Virus record (IMG/VR): IMGVR_UViG_3300005732_000004 | Coordinates: 1 to 50,993 of that record | DNA: 50,993 nt | Direction: 5' to 3' (one strand) | Source: a virus | Lineage: Duplodnaviria > Caudoviricetes | Part shown: positions 1-8,892 of the stretch, one piece after another | Position numbering within the stretch: position 1 is the first letter of the stretch | How the letters are laid out: each line of letters starts with the position of its first letter | Translations under genes and position numbers: made by a program | The notes under the pieces: model-generated | What the model was told of the DNA's origin: nothing | The model's database searches: none | What the model saw: the letters and a program-made list of their open reading frames with translations, nothing else

Positions 1-38
1 TTTCGTCGCCCGTTTATCTCATAAAAGGATTGATATTC

Positions 39-68
39 CGTTAAGCGCTTGTTCCTTTGTGAATGTCT
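39..68 (-). repeat. 30-bp perfect repeat, copy 1 (inverted relative to 18764-18793)
   Basis: Reverse complement of 39-68 is AGACATTCACAAAGGAACAAGCGCTTAACG, identical to 18764-18793. Confidence 0.95.
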
Positions 69-146
69 CAATCATTGGGCTACACCGTAGGTATGTGAAA
101 CAGATTGTCCAGTGAACGTATGTAATCTCGCAAGCTGAAATCTTTA

Positions 147-446
147 CTATAAGCGACCATGGTTGGCACAAGAACTACATGGCGCGTTGCGTGGGCAAAC
201 TGAGGGACTTGGTCCGCGCTTTCGACAAAATATGAATGCCCGTTTCTGCGCTTTTCGAGCTACCTTTTCAGCAGATTCTAGACCATCTTTTTTACCCTCA
301 GCCTTTGCGTCTGCTATGGCTTGGGCGATTAGGCTGGTTGCTGCAATAGGGTTTCTCACGCGGCCTTGTGTGTCTGTGTAAGGAACAAGCTTCAGCGCGA
401 CCCCATCAGCCTTATCAATGTCCGCTTGTGTTGGTTTGTTGGTCAT
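147..446 (-). CDS. hypothetical phage protein
   Basis: ORF 147..470; likely start at ATG 446, overlapping the upstream stop (ATGA). Confidence 0.6.
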   Translation of the reverse strand: MTNKPTQADIDKADGVALKLVPYTDTQGRVRNPIAATSLIAQAIADAKAEGKKDGLESAEKVARKAQKRAFIFCRKRGPSPSVCPRNAPCSSCANHGRL

Positions 447-643
447 GTCAGCACCGCCCAAATAAGCCAAGAAACGAGCGATATAATTAAAGCTGCCCCG
501 AAGATTACCAAGTCAGCCAACCCATCAAACCCATAAGCGGGCGATGTAGGCTTCCGCGTTGTTATGTACAAGGCAAATGCAGATGACATTATGCTAATTA
601 TTGTTGGCACTAACCACCAGCCAAATTCGATTGTGAAGGTCAT
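443..643 (-). CDS. small membrane protein (2 TM)
   Basis: Two hydrophobic segments; ATGA coupling on both sides. Confidence 0.75.
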   Translation of the reverse strand: MTFTIEFGWWLVPTIISIMSSAFALYITTRKPTSPAYGFDGLADLVIFGAALIISLVSWLIWAVLT

Positions 644-843
644 TGGTTTTGGTCCTTGAAACGGATTTGAAAACCTGTTGTCTCAATAATGCTTGCAAGC
701 CTCTCGCTTTCTCTGGGGGACAAACTGTTCGTCCACCCCGCCTCCATTTCATAGGAAAAGCCTCCGTCCTTTCGCTGTCTTGCGCTTACGACCAAGTTTC
801 CGTGAGTATTGTCCCTGATAAACAAAGCAGCTGTACAGTTCAT
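640..843 (-). CDS. hypothetical protein
   Basis: ORF in a tightly coupled minus-strand operon. Confidence 0.7.
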   Translation of the reverse strand: MNCTAALFIRDNTHGNLVVSARQRKDGGFSYEMEAGWTNSLSPRESERLASIIETTGFQIRFKDQNQ

Positions 844-1356
844 CTACCCCTCCCTTTGTTCAGGTAGAAGAATTGACTTGAAGGCGGTTACTTTGCTGAA
901 TGGGATTACGGCATCGGAACTACCAGCTTGTCGCCAATCAACGGCTAAATCACGTGCTAACGACCTGCGACATGGCGAACAAACAACTCCATCGGCTATC
1001 ACAGCATATTCAGTGTAGAACAACATTTCTTCTAAGGCTGTGTTCCACCCATTATCTGCATCACGTTTGGTTTTTTCGCGCTTGCGTCCTGCAACGAGCG
1101 CGTCCCAAGCGTCAGCTTTATCAACGTGGGTTTCGGACTTGTTGGTGTCGCGTTGGGCTAGGGTTTCAGCTTCGAAGTCAGCGAATATCTGTGCGATTAA
1201 ATCCCTGCCTTCCGCTTCGATCAGGATCACTTCCGAATTGCTGTGTTGTCGGGCACAAAATGGTTGCGCCTTTTTCCAAGCTGCATTGGCCGCTTTTAGG
1301 TGGCGGGCCTTTACGGTTCGCTGTTCAACCTTGTTCGTTTGGTCTGTAGTGGTCAT
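844..1356 (-). CDS. hypothetical protein
   Basis: 170-aa ORF, translationally coupled. Confidence 0.75.
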   Translation of the reverse strand: MTTTDQTNKVEQRTVKARHLKAANAAWKKAQPFCARQHSNSEVILIEAEGRDLIAQIFADFEAETLAQRDTNKSETHVDKADAWDALVAGRKREKTKRDADNGWNTALEEMLFYTEYAVIADGVVCSPCRRSLARDLAVDWRQAGSSDAVIPFSKVTAFKSILLPEQREG

Positions 1357-1547
1357 GAGCGTACCTTGAGGATATTCAAATCAAAATCGCGGCTATTCTC
1401 ATGCACTGATTGGTCTGCGAATGATTTGGTAATTAATGTTTTTTCTGGGACATCACGCGCCGCACGTACAAGCTTATCTAGGTCCAGCAATTCGCGATCA
1501 GTTGCGATGATTGTAACGTCACCGTTTGCGGTTTGTTCAATTTTCAT
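1353..1547 (-). CDS. hypothetical protein
   Basis: ATGA overlaps with neighbours. Confidence 0.7.
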   Translation of the reverse strand: MKIEQTANGDVTIIATDRELLDLDKLVRAARDVPEKTLITKSFADQSVHENSRDFDLNILKVRS

Positions 1548-1897
1548 CGTCCTGCCTCATACCAATCTAGCATTGCGTTCAACGCCGCTGCTTCAAGTTT
1601 GTCCTGAGTGTTTTCAGCCATTGCGTGGTGCGCCTCAGCCATTTCGCGTAGCCCTGCGATCACTTCCGGCTTTATTTCTGGGCGTTGCTTGTTGACCATC
1701 AGTTCTGATAGGGCGTGAGAACGCTTCACGGCTGCAGCTTCACCAGCTACCATGCCTTGCTGGTAAGCAGCTTGAAGGGCTTCGCGCATTGAAAGGTACA
1801 GACCCTTGGTATCAATCCCATCATCCCCGTTGTTGCCTAAAATTACGTGCTGCGCCATCTTCTTGAAGTCTGGCTTATCTGTGATTGGGTTGGTCAT
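1544..1897 (-). CDS. hypothetical protein
   Basis: ATGA overlap, GAGGA RBS. Confidence 0.75.
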   Translation of the reverse strand: MTNPITDKPDFKKMAQHVILGNNGDDGIDTKGLYLSMREALQAAYQQGMVAGEAAAVKRSHALSELMVNKQRPEIKPEVIAGLREMAEAHHAMAENTQDKLEAAALNAMLDWYEAGR

Positions 1898-2166
1898 GAT
1901 TTGTCCTCTTTCAAGTCAACATCTCCGCCGAAGCAAATGCCTCTCCAAAGTCCATCAATTGTGAACCGCTTGATCTCACCATCAATCAGCGCCGCTACGG
2001 GATAATCGCCATCGGCGTCAGTGCAAAGAATGCGTGCTGGCTTCCCGTCAGATGTGTACTTCTTGCCCATCGAAACGATTTCGTTAGGGTCGATTTTACG
2101 CTCTGCAACTTTCGGCTCATTCCAGTTATTCCATTTCGGGGTACTCCAGTAGTTCAAATCTCTCAC
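1894..2166 (-). CDS. hypothetical phage protein
   Basis: Motif GKPARILCTDADGDYPVAAL is typical of small phage proteins; coupled. Confidence 0.75.
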   Translation of the reverse strand: MRDLNYWSTPKWNNWNEPKVAERKIDPNEIVSMGKKYTSDGKPARILCTDADGDYPVAALIDGEIKRFTIDGLWRGICFGGDVDLKEDKS

Positions 2167-2969
2167 AGCCCTTCCCCCTCGTAATATGGGATTTCGATTT
2201 CAACGCAAGCAGTGCGGTCTGTACATCTACTCGCTAAGTTATCCGCACCTTCCCTTGTTTCATGCAACACAAGCCTCACCCCGCTCGGATAAACATTAAC
2301 CCACCGCTTCAAAACCTTGCGCTCTGGCTCTGGCTCGATAGGAAACATGCGTTCACAATCTTTAAGATCACCGAGCACATCGCGATTAGCTTTCGGCTCT
2401 GGCTTTTCAATCTCGGCCTTAACCTCGGCCATTTCAGCGTGATACTTGTCAGATGCACCTGACGTTTTGATATTGCCTACAATTTCATCATCTGTGTCTC
2501 GCTCAACATACGTCAAATCAAGCTTTGTACTGGGGGCTGTTTTTCCGGGAGTTGTAAGTGATCCCTCTGCTTTTATAGTGAGGCTTTCTTCACCAGCAGC
2601 GCCAAACGTAATATCATTGCCCTTGGTTTGTTCGCTGGCCAATGAGATGACGCGTATTTTGGTATCTAAAGGAAATTCGATGAGAAATGTGTGTCCACAT
2701 GGTTCAGCATAGACGCTTAGATTTACCCGATTTTTGTAAGTGAATTTTTGCAGGCGATTCCGAATTAAAACCTCAAACACATCGCCAGCCTTGAGGTCGG
2801 ATATGCGGGGCTTGCTGAATGACTGGGGAATGTCGAGCGCTGTTAGGCATTGGCTATCAGCGTGGATGATTGTCTCACCATCTTCGATGTGGGTTTCTTT
2901 CACCTTAACGATAGCGCTTTCTTCTTTGTAGAAAACCCACTCACCAATTTTAATGTTTTTCTTTTTCAT
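2163..2969 (-). CDS. hypothetical phage protein (C-terminal WVNVY...R.AC motif)
   Basis: 268-aa ORF with RBS. Confidence 0.8.
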   Translation of the reverse strand: MKKKNIKIGEWVFYKEESAIVKVKETHIEDGETIIHADSQCLTALDIPQSFSKPRISDLKAGDVFEVLIRNRLQKFTYKNRVNLSVYAEPCGHTFLIEFPLDTKIRVISLASEQTKGNDITFGAAGEESLTIKAEGSLTTPGKTAPSTKLDLTYVERDTDDEIVGNIKTSGASDKYHAEMAEVKAEIEKPEPKANRDVLGDLKDCERMFPIEPEPERKVLKRWVNVYPSGVRLVLHETREGADNLASRCTDRTACVEIEIPYYEGEGL

Positions 2970-3054
2970 TTCACGTCCTATCTAGGTGTTTTGTGTAAGG
3001 GTGGCGGGTCACTAGCTGGTTAGACCAGATCACCGCCTATACGCTCACAACGTA

Positions 3055-3414
3055 TTAGATTTCAAAACTGTCGTTATATTCTTCATTGAAGCGGGCCTCT
3101 AACTCGTCCTCGGCCCAAATCTTTGTGAACCCATCAACCCACATAACCGCTGACCTGTAGTCGCGATTGTCTTTGGATTGTTCTGACCAGTTAAATTCTG
3201 CATTTTTCGACATTTGCGCGGCGAGTTCGCGGGTAACGTCTGAGCGCTTGCCATCTTCACTTAGAAACTCGACCCGAACTGATTTAGCTTCATCTTCTGA
3301 CATTTGTGAAAGATGATTGTTCTTCAACTTATTCAACAAGCGCTTTGGATATACAGTTGCCCATTCGCCGTGTTTTTCAAAGTCTGAAACTGTGACCGCA
3401 TAAAACTCTTGCAT
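3055..3414 (-). CDS. hypothetical protein, first gene of an early operon
   Basis: GAGGG RBS; downstream of a consensus promoter. Confidence 0.8.
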   Translation of the reverse strand: MQEFYAVTVSDFEKHGEWATVYPKRLLNKLKNNHLSQMSEDEAKSVRVEFLSEDGKRSDVTRELAAQMSKNAEFNWSEQSKDNRDYRSAVMWVDGFTKIWAEDELEARFNEEYNDSFEI

Positions 3415-3457
3415 TGCTTTACCCTCATATCTGCTATTGTTTTAATGTCTATAAACA

Positions 3458-3486
3458 TGTATAAGATAATACAAGAACAATGTCAA
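3458..3486 (-). promoter_or_regulatory. sigma70-type promoter
   Basis: TTGACA-17 nt-TATACA on the minus strand. Confidence 0.75.
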
Positions 3487-3499
3487 ACGGAAAAATGAA

Positions 3500-3943
3500 A
3501 TGAAAATTATAGAACAACAAGCAATCATTGCGCAGCGTATTATGCAAGATCATGCAACACAAGAACAGCGGGATATATGCGCCTATGCACTAAGGGTTTT
3601 GGGCAACTCACGAAATACTAGCGGGATATGTTCACGCTTCAATCTTATGGCGATTATCATTTATGGGGTTGTCGTTTATCATACCAAATCAGCGCGGGTT
3701 GAGCTTAAACATACGTTTGGCGCTGAAAAAATGGCGTTAATCGAAAGCGTTGTTAACCATGATAACCCTAAATCTAGGCTAGTAGCCAATGCGAAAGCTG
3801 CGCTTCTACTAGGTAAGGCTTCGTTTCTTATCGCGCATAATGGCAGTTCTGATGATATCGAGCATTTGAAACAACAAGTGTTTAGCATTACCTCGTTAAG
3901 TGTCCCGATGAAACATGAGGCTAAAAAGGTCTTGGGAATGTGA
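3500..3943 (+). CDS. hypothetical protein, possibly a degenerate HD-domain (RelA/SpoT hydrolase-like) fold
   Basis: Lone plus-strand ORF; spacing pattern ELKHTFGAEKMALIESVV...AHN resembles HD_4 proteins but lacks the HD residues. Confidence 0.6.
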   Translation: MKIIEQQAIIAQRIMQDHATQEQRDICAYALRVLGNSRNTSGICSRFNLMAIIIYGVVVYHTKSARVELKHTFGAEKMALIESVVNHDNPKSRLVANAKAALLLGKASFLIAHNGSSDDIEHLKQQVFSITSLSVPMKHEAKKVLGM

Positions 3944-4171
3944 CAGACCCGAAAAGCAGAAAGCAATGAGGGATGGGATGCTAATCGGGTCCATCTGTTT
4001 AGCAAGGGCAGTTTGCTCATCGGCCCTGCATCATTATGTTAGGGGCCTTGGGTTTAAACGTCAACCGGATAAGCCACACTCATCACATAATGCGGTGCGC
4101 TGATTTTAAACCCCGTGGAGCGCTGATATTGCCCATTCGGTACAGTTGCGCCAAATCCTGCCAAAATCGCC

Positions 4172-5092
4172 TCAGTGATGCTTATATTCGGAATACGGGG
4201 CATTTAAACTCAATTGCTCGGCTGGTTTATTCATTCGGTCCAATATTTCTTTTGGAGCGCGGCATCTCGGCTCATTTGGTTTCGGCCCTAGGTCAGGGTG
4301 CCAGTTGCCGCTTTCTTCAAATGATTTAACCCACGCTTCCCATTTTTCCTTGGTCATGCCGTTTTGCTTTTGAACTGGTGATTGTTCAAAAGCCTCCCAT
4401 CCATTCGCCCTAATCCATGCGCTTAGAGATTTCCTAAACTGGTTTTCCTTTTTGAGCATTTCGGCTTTTGCCTTAGGCATTGCCTTTGCTAGGTTAGCTT
4501 TGTCCTGATCGGTTAGGCTGCAATATGCGTTGTACGCCTCTTTTCGGTTATCACCGTCTTTCCATCTATTATCCCAAATCTCACTCAAGAACCTGTCAAA
4601 GATAGGTTCGCCAATCTTGTTGTATTGAGCGCGGGGGGATTTTTCTTTTTTTGTTTGTTTTTTTTCTTCTTCTTTAGCTTTAGTTTTAGATAGCATCGCT
4701 GGGGCATCTGCAACAGTGGGTGCGTTCGCATACCCACTATCGTTGTTTTTATTATCATTTTTCCCCCATTTTGCGTTAGCCGCAGCTCTCGCTTTTGAAC
4801 TTTTTTCAAGCAAAATTTTTATCGTTTTTGATACTTTTTCGTTATAGATAAGACCGTCTTTTTCTTGTATATGCCCGAAATGAATAAGCGCTTCTAATGT
4901 TTTTTTGAACTGATTTTTAGTGTCGCATCCACACAATCTAGACAAGCGCCTGTCATCTCTTTCAACAGGCCCAACACAGTCGTACATTTCAACCAAAAGC
5001 GTAATATAAACACCTCTTTCGAGCGCGGATAGTCTTCCAGTGCCTTTGCCCCAGTCGTCTATGTAGAATGGAAAGTGTGTTATTTTAGACAT
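4172..5092 (-). CDS. replication initiator, DUF1376/YdaU family
   Basis: N-terminal FPFYIDDW...LSALERGVYITLL; low-complexity linker; C-terminal W..LGP.P.EP.C..P; adjacent to dnaB. Confidence 0.85.
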   Translation of the reverse strand: MSKITHFPFYIDDWGKGTGRLSALERGVYITLLVEMYDCVGPVERDDRRLSRLCGCDTKNQFKKTLEALIHFGHIQEKDGLIYNEKVSKTIKILLEKSSKARAAANAKWGKNDNKNNDSGYANAPTVADAPAMLSKTKAKEEEKKQTKKEKSPRAQYNKIGEPIFDRFLSEIWDNRWKDGDNRKEAYNAYCSLTDQDKANLAKAMPKAKAEMLKKENQFRKSLSAWIRANGWEAFEQSPVQKQNGMTKEKWEAWVKSFEESGNWHPDLGPKPNEPRCRAPKEILDRMNKPAEQLSLNAPYSEYKHH

Positions 5093-5118
5093 TTTTACTC
5101 CTAATTTTGGAGCAGGGC

Positions 5119-5232
5119 TTGCAACTAGCTCATTGATCAGCTAAATTAACCCTGCAACGTGAACACTTGCAAACTACACCCTCTCAGGTATCAATTCAAG
5201 CCCTCGGATTAGTTTTCGGGGGCTTGTCTTTT
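5119..5232 (+). ncRNA. putative antisense (counter-transcribed) small RNA upstream of the rep gene
   Basis: TTGCAA-17-TAAATT promoter (5119-5147), then a 12-bp hairpin plus T-tract (5197-5232) with G:U pairs valid only on the plus strand. Confidence 0.55.
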
Positions 5233-6604
5233 ATGTGTTCCTATACGGATCGTTAGAACTATCAATTCGATTATAGGCTAGGTTGATATCCAAATGAATT
5301 GTCCCAACTGCCCCGTTGCGGTTTTTGGCTGCAATGACTTCTAGATCGCGACATAACTTTTGGTATTCATCTGGCAACATACTATCAGCATCGGCATAAT
5401 AGGCTTCGCGGTGAATGAATAGAACGGCGTGAGCGTCTTGCTCAATCTCGCCAGCCCATCGCAAATCTGACAATGTAGGGCGTTTGTTTTCCCGTTCTGT
5501 ATTGGCGCGTGATAACTGACATAGTGCGATAACAGCGCAATCAAGTTCTTTTGCCATTTCGCGTAAGTGTCCTGATATCTCGCCAGTTTCGGCGGTCTTA
5601 TTGCCACGATAAGTTCCAGCGGCCTTAACCAAGCCCATGTGATCGACGCAAACAATATCTAGCGTTTGCCCATTACGTTCTAGTTCGGCTTTCCTTGCCC
5701 TTGCTCTGGACTTTATCTGGTGAATTGTAAGCGTTGCCGATGTGTCATAAACGAATGGCACCTCTTTGAGCGTATCGGCTACATCAAGAACCATTGAAAG
5801 CTGATCATCTGTTGCTGTTGCACTTAGCAATGATTGATATTCAGGCGCATCATTGCCAAACTTTCTATGGGCTAGTTCCGAAACAAGCCGTGCAAATATT
5901 TCCTCTTGAGACATTTCAAGCGAAGGCATAAACACGCCAAACCCCGAACACGCTGATTTAAATGTTGAGGATAATGCCACTGCCGTTTTACCTGCGCCTG
6001 GCCTACCACCAATCACATAATAGAACCCGCGCTTATACCCGCCGATCTTTCGGTCAAGGTCAACAAGCCCTGTTGTCGCGCCCCGCATTCGGTTTTTGTC
6101 TTTGAGGCTTTCAAAATAGCTGGCCTTGGCTTCGTCTAACGTTCCAACGATTGCCGTTTCGTCACGATCCGAAAGGCTTTCAAGCACCACTGCAAAATCC
6201 GTTGCGGTTTGATCTGGATCAATTAGCGGGTCTGTTGATGATGTTTTGATTTCCTCTGATATCTCGGCAAGTTTTCGCCTAGACCAATATTCGCGCAGCT
6301 TATCGATTAAAGCGGGTAGTGCAGTAGGTACTTGAGCCTCGTTTGTAATCGCGGTGATTATGTCGCTTTCAGACATACCTTGCGTTCCCGCGACATTGTG
6401 TTTGCGCAGTTCAGCCTTTAGGAATGAAAACGATATCTCATTGCCAGAATCAGCTTGCTCACGAAACGCGATGAATATGGGGTTGAGCAACGGGTCATCA
6501 AACCACTCAGGTTCAATCTGCCCACCCATAACAGCCAGCGTTTTAGGAAACCGCAAGAACGTCCCAATTATCGTGGCTTCTAGTGTGAAGTCATGTAGCT
6601 GCAT
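5231..6604 (-). CDS. dnaB: replicative DNA helicase, DnaB-like
   Basis: Walker A GGRPGAGKT; SLEMS, VDHMGL, QLSR, RPTLSDLR..GEIEQDA and KNRNG motifs. Confidence 0.95.
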   Translation of the reverse strand: MQLHDFTLEATIIGTFLRFPKTLAVMGGQIEPEWFDDPLLNPIFIAFREQADSGNEISFSFLKAELRKHNVAGTQGMSESDIITAITNEAQVPTALPALIDKLREYWSRRKLAEISEEIKTSSTDPLIDPDQTATDFAVVLESLSDRDETAIVGTLDEAKASYFESLKDKNRMRGATTGLVDLDRKIGGYKRGFYYVIGGRPGAGKTAVALSSTFKSACSGFGVFMPSLEMSQEEIFARLVSELAHRKFGNDAPEYQSLLSATATDDQLSMVLDVADTLKEVPFVYDTSATLTIHQIKSRARARKAELERNGQTLDIVCVDHMGLVKAAGTYRGNKTAETGEISGHLREMAKELDCAVIALCQLSRANTERENKRPTLSDLRWAGEIEQDAHAVLFIHREAYYADADSMLPDEYQKLCRDLEVIAAKNRNGAVGTIHLDINLAYNRIDSSNDPYRNT

Positions 6605-6605
6605 G

Positions 6606-6821
6606 TTATGATTTAACTTCGATTGTGTTTAGGATTTGTTGCGCTACATCACCTACTTTCTTCCAAGTGTTTTCGCGTTCTTCTCTCAAGATTTTCCAGT
6701 AATGGCTAAGACGGGCTGGCGTTATACCAACTTCCTCTGCAATTTCGGTTTTGGTGCGGTAGGGGTTGCGCTGCACCGCCGCAATGATTTTGCCTTTGGT
6801 GCTTAGGTGTGAAGTTTGCAT
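6606..6821 (-). CDS. helix-turn-helix DNA-binding protein
   Basis: TKTEIAEEVGITPARLSHY HTH pattern. Confidence 0.75.
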   Translation of the reverse strand: MQTSHLSTKGKIIAAVQRNPYRTKTEIAEEVGITPARLSHYWKILREERENTWKKVGDVAQQILNTIEVKS

Positions 6822-6882
6822 TTTAGCCTCTTGTTTTCGATTTCTTTATATATGCGTAAAGTATTATTGGATTTATTGCAAC

Positions 6883-6907
6883 AAAAAACCCGACATTAAA
6901 TCGGGTT
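6883..6907 (-). terminator. intrinsic terminator
   Basis: AACCCGA/TCGGGTT stem with U-tract on the minus strand. Confidence 0.75.
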
Positions 6908-6948
6908 CTCTTTGCGCGTTGTGGTTATGTTGCTTTGACTAGCGGTAG

Positions 6949-7056
6949 TTACACCAGCCCTTCCATATGCTGCACGGCATCGACATAAGCGATTGCCATT
7001 GAAATTGTGAAAGCAAATATGCCCATTGCTATAACTGTTTTGATGTTTGGGGCCAT
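6949..7056 (-). CDS. 35-aa membrane peptide (not in ORF track)
   Basis: MAPNIKTVIAMGIFAFTISMAIAYVDAVQHMEGLV; GAGAGGA RBS; TTGACA at 7108-7113 upstream and a terminator downstream. Confidence 0.6.
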   Translation of the reverse strand: MAPNIKTVIAMGIFAFTISMAIAYVDAVQHMEGLV

Positions 7057-7169
7057 TTCAATTCCTCTCATTATCAATGCGGTATTGATTACATGTAAAA
7101 AGATAGTTGTCAATGTGTTTTTAGCAGATAGATTGAAAGGCTATTGCCTTATGGTTTCGTTTGATAATA

Positions 7170-7425
7170 ACCTCCCACCCCCGTTTAGGTTGGAGTATGA
7201 CTACACCGACCCATTCGAAGCTTCACCTTATTTGACGGAATTCTGATTAGGCTTATTGCTATGTACCTAATCGGGCCGGGGTATCCCCCTCAGCTTTCAC
7301 AATGAGTTTGTGCTAGACTATGCTAAACGCTACGCCCTGCATTTTGTTTTGGACCCGTTTTAAGGCGCGATCACTCAACATGCGTTTTGTAGCTATGGTT
7401 AGGTTCATTGTTGGGAACCTAATAA
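7170..7425 (-). ncRNA. hairpin-dense non-coding region (candidate structured RNA or origin)
   Basis: No credible ORF; stems at 7399-7406/7415-7422, 7245-7251/7266-7272, 7329-7333/7389-7393 and others. Confidence 0.4.
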
Positions 7426-7448
7426 AAACAGGTTGAGAACTTTTTGTA

Positions 7449-7554
7449 TTGAATTATGAAATCGTTATGTTATAACGTCCATAACATGTCGGCGAGTTCC
7501 GCAACTAAACCGGCATTTTTAGGGTCAGCACGAAACGCTGGCCCTTTTCTTTTT
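7449..7554 (+). ncRNA. putative antisense small RNA
   Basis: TTGAAT-16-(TGT)TATAAC promoter (7449-7476); terminator AGGGTCAGC/GCTGGCCCT followed by a T-rich tract (7521-7554). Confidence 0.55.
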
Positions 7555-7605
7555 GTATATGAGTTAGGAGAGGGTGGCAAGTTCTAGTCACTAGAAAGTT
7601 GCGCC

Positions 7606-8754
7606 CTAGATGTGGCAGTCAACCATAACGACCCAATAACTATCTGGGAGCCCTTCTATACGCTTAGTAATCGCGTCTTCCCATTCTGCTGCGTCTTTGT
7701 TATCGCTAGACATGCCGAACCACCCCATAGAACCCTTTTCGTTCCATACGCCATCTTCTAAGTATGCCCAACATGTTAATGCGGGGCGTGCTGCCGCATA
7801 TGCAATAGGGTCGCGAACAGTGTCAGGCAGAGATTCGCCCCAGCAACCCCAAGCATCTAATATCCCAGATTCTCTAGCGTCAAATACTGCGTTTCCTTCT
7901 CCTTGTTCTGTTATCCAATTTCGGTACGCGGGGCGGTCATCTTCAGGCAAGTCATCCCACTGCTTCTCGATAGACTTTTTATTGTCGATGTAGTTTAGCC
8001 ACAATTTCAACGCCTCGTCATAACTCAACCCTTTTTCGTTGATTGAGCTAATAATACCATTTAGGGCTCTATCAGCTTTTTGTTTGCGCATGGCTTCCAA
8101 ATCTAGGTTGCTAACGCACATGCCGTCGAAACCTTTTTCGTCAAACTGAGAACCCATAATTCCGGCTTCGCCCTTAAAGGCTTCTTCAGGTTTTTTGGCT
8201 AAAAGTTGTCCGCCCCATCGGCCCCCAACTTCCCACCAATCCCACTTCGCGTTAGGGTTTGTCATCCGGCCAATACGGCCATTCTGGACCTCTGTGTAAC
8301 CATGATATTTTTCTGCGTAATCCAAAAGACTGTCGTAAGCCGCGCCCTTGGTTGTCTTGAACCTTTCATATCCGAGCAAAGAACGAATTTCGTGGTCGTC
8401 CATGCGTACCTTTGCGCGGTATCCCTTGCTATCACCCCAATCTCTTGAAGACCAAGATATCCCGCCTCCGCAACCAGTCCCCATGCCAACAATGTCTTTT
8501 TCTTTTGCATTCGGCTCACGATAGAACTGGTCCTCGTAACCCTGAAAACATTCATCAGTACATGGGGTGCGCCAATACTCTGTTTCTGCTTCAAATTCCT
8601 TCAAAACTTCGGTATGCTCATCAACGAACACAACATGTTCGTCTAGAACATCCGTGCATTCATACTCGTGAAACGGCTGTAGCGCCTTAGATAATAGCTT
8701 GTTTTCCTCTGTCGGCTTTCTCGGCAATACAACTAATACAGTAAAGTGGCTCAT
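7606..8754 (-). CDS. conserved phage protein of unknown function (NPNAKWDWW motif)
   Basis: MSHFTVLV...NPNAKWDWWEVGGRW...GSMGWFG...VDCHI; GAGAGGA RBS. Confidence 0.9.
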   Translation of the reverse strand: MSHFTVLVVLPRKPTEENKLLSKALQPFHEYECTDVLDEHVVFVDEHTEVLKEFEAETEYWRTPCTDECFQGYEDQFYREPNAKEKDIVGMGTGCGGGISWSSRDWGDSKGYRAKVRMDDHEIRSLLGYERFKTTKGAAYDSLLDYAEKYHGYTEVQNGRIGRMTNPNAKWDWWEVGGRWGGQLLAKKPEEAFKGEAGIMGSQFDEKGFDGMCVSNLDLEAMRKQKADRALNGIISSINEKGLSYDEALKLWLNYIDNKKSIEKQWDDLPEDDRPAYRNWITEQGEGNAVFDARESGILDAWGCWGESLPDTVRDPIAYAAARPALTCWAYLEDGVWNEKGSMGWFGMSSDNKDAAEWEDAITKRIEGLPDSYWVVMVDCHI

Positions 8755-8769
8755 TCTCTTATCCTCTCA

Positions 8770-8892
8770 TTAGATTTTAGTGGTCACTGTAATTTCTACA
8801 AACAGCCCCGCCGCTTTTGCCAGCTTTGGGCCATCTTCTAGCCATTTGGCGAACAGTTTAGAAGCTTCATTTTCATGGGATTCCTCAGTCAT
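8770..8892 (-). CDS. 40-aa hypothetical protein (not in ORF track)
   Basis: MTEESHENEASKLFAKWLEDG...; overlaps upstream gene end and fills the gap. Confidence 0.5.
   Translation of the reverse strand: MTEESHENEASKLFAKWLEDGPKLAKAAGLFVEITVTTKI

Noticed and set aside
7007-7246. 79-aa plus-strand ORF
   Set aside because: No RBS; it overlaps a better-supported minus-strand peptide gene and its promoter.
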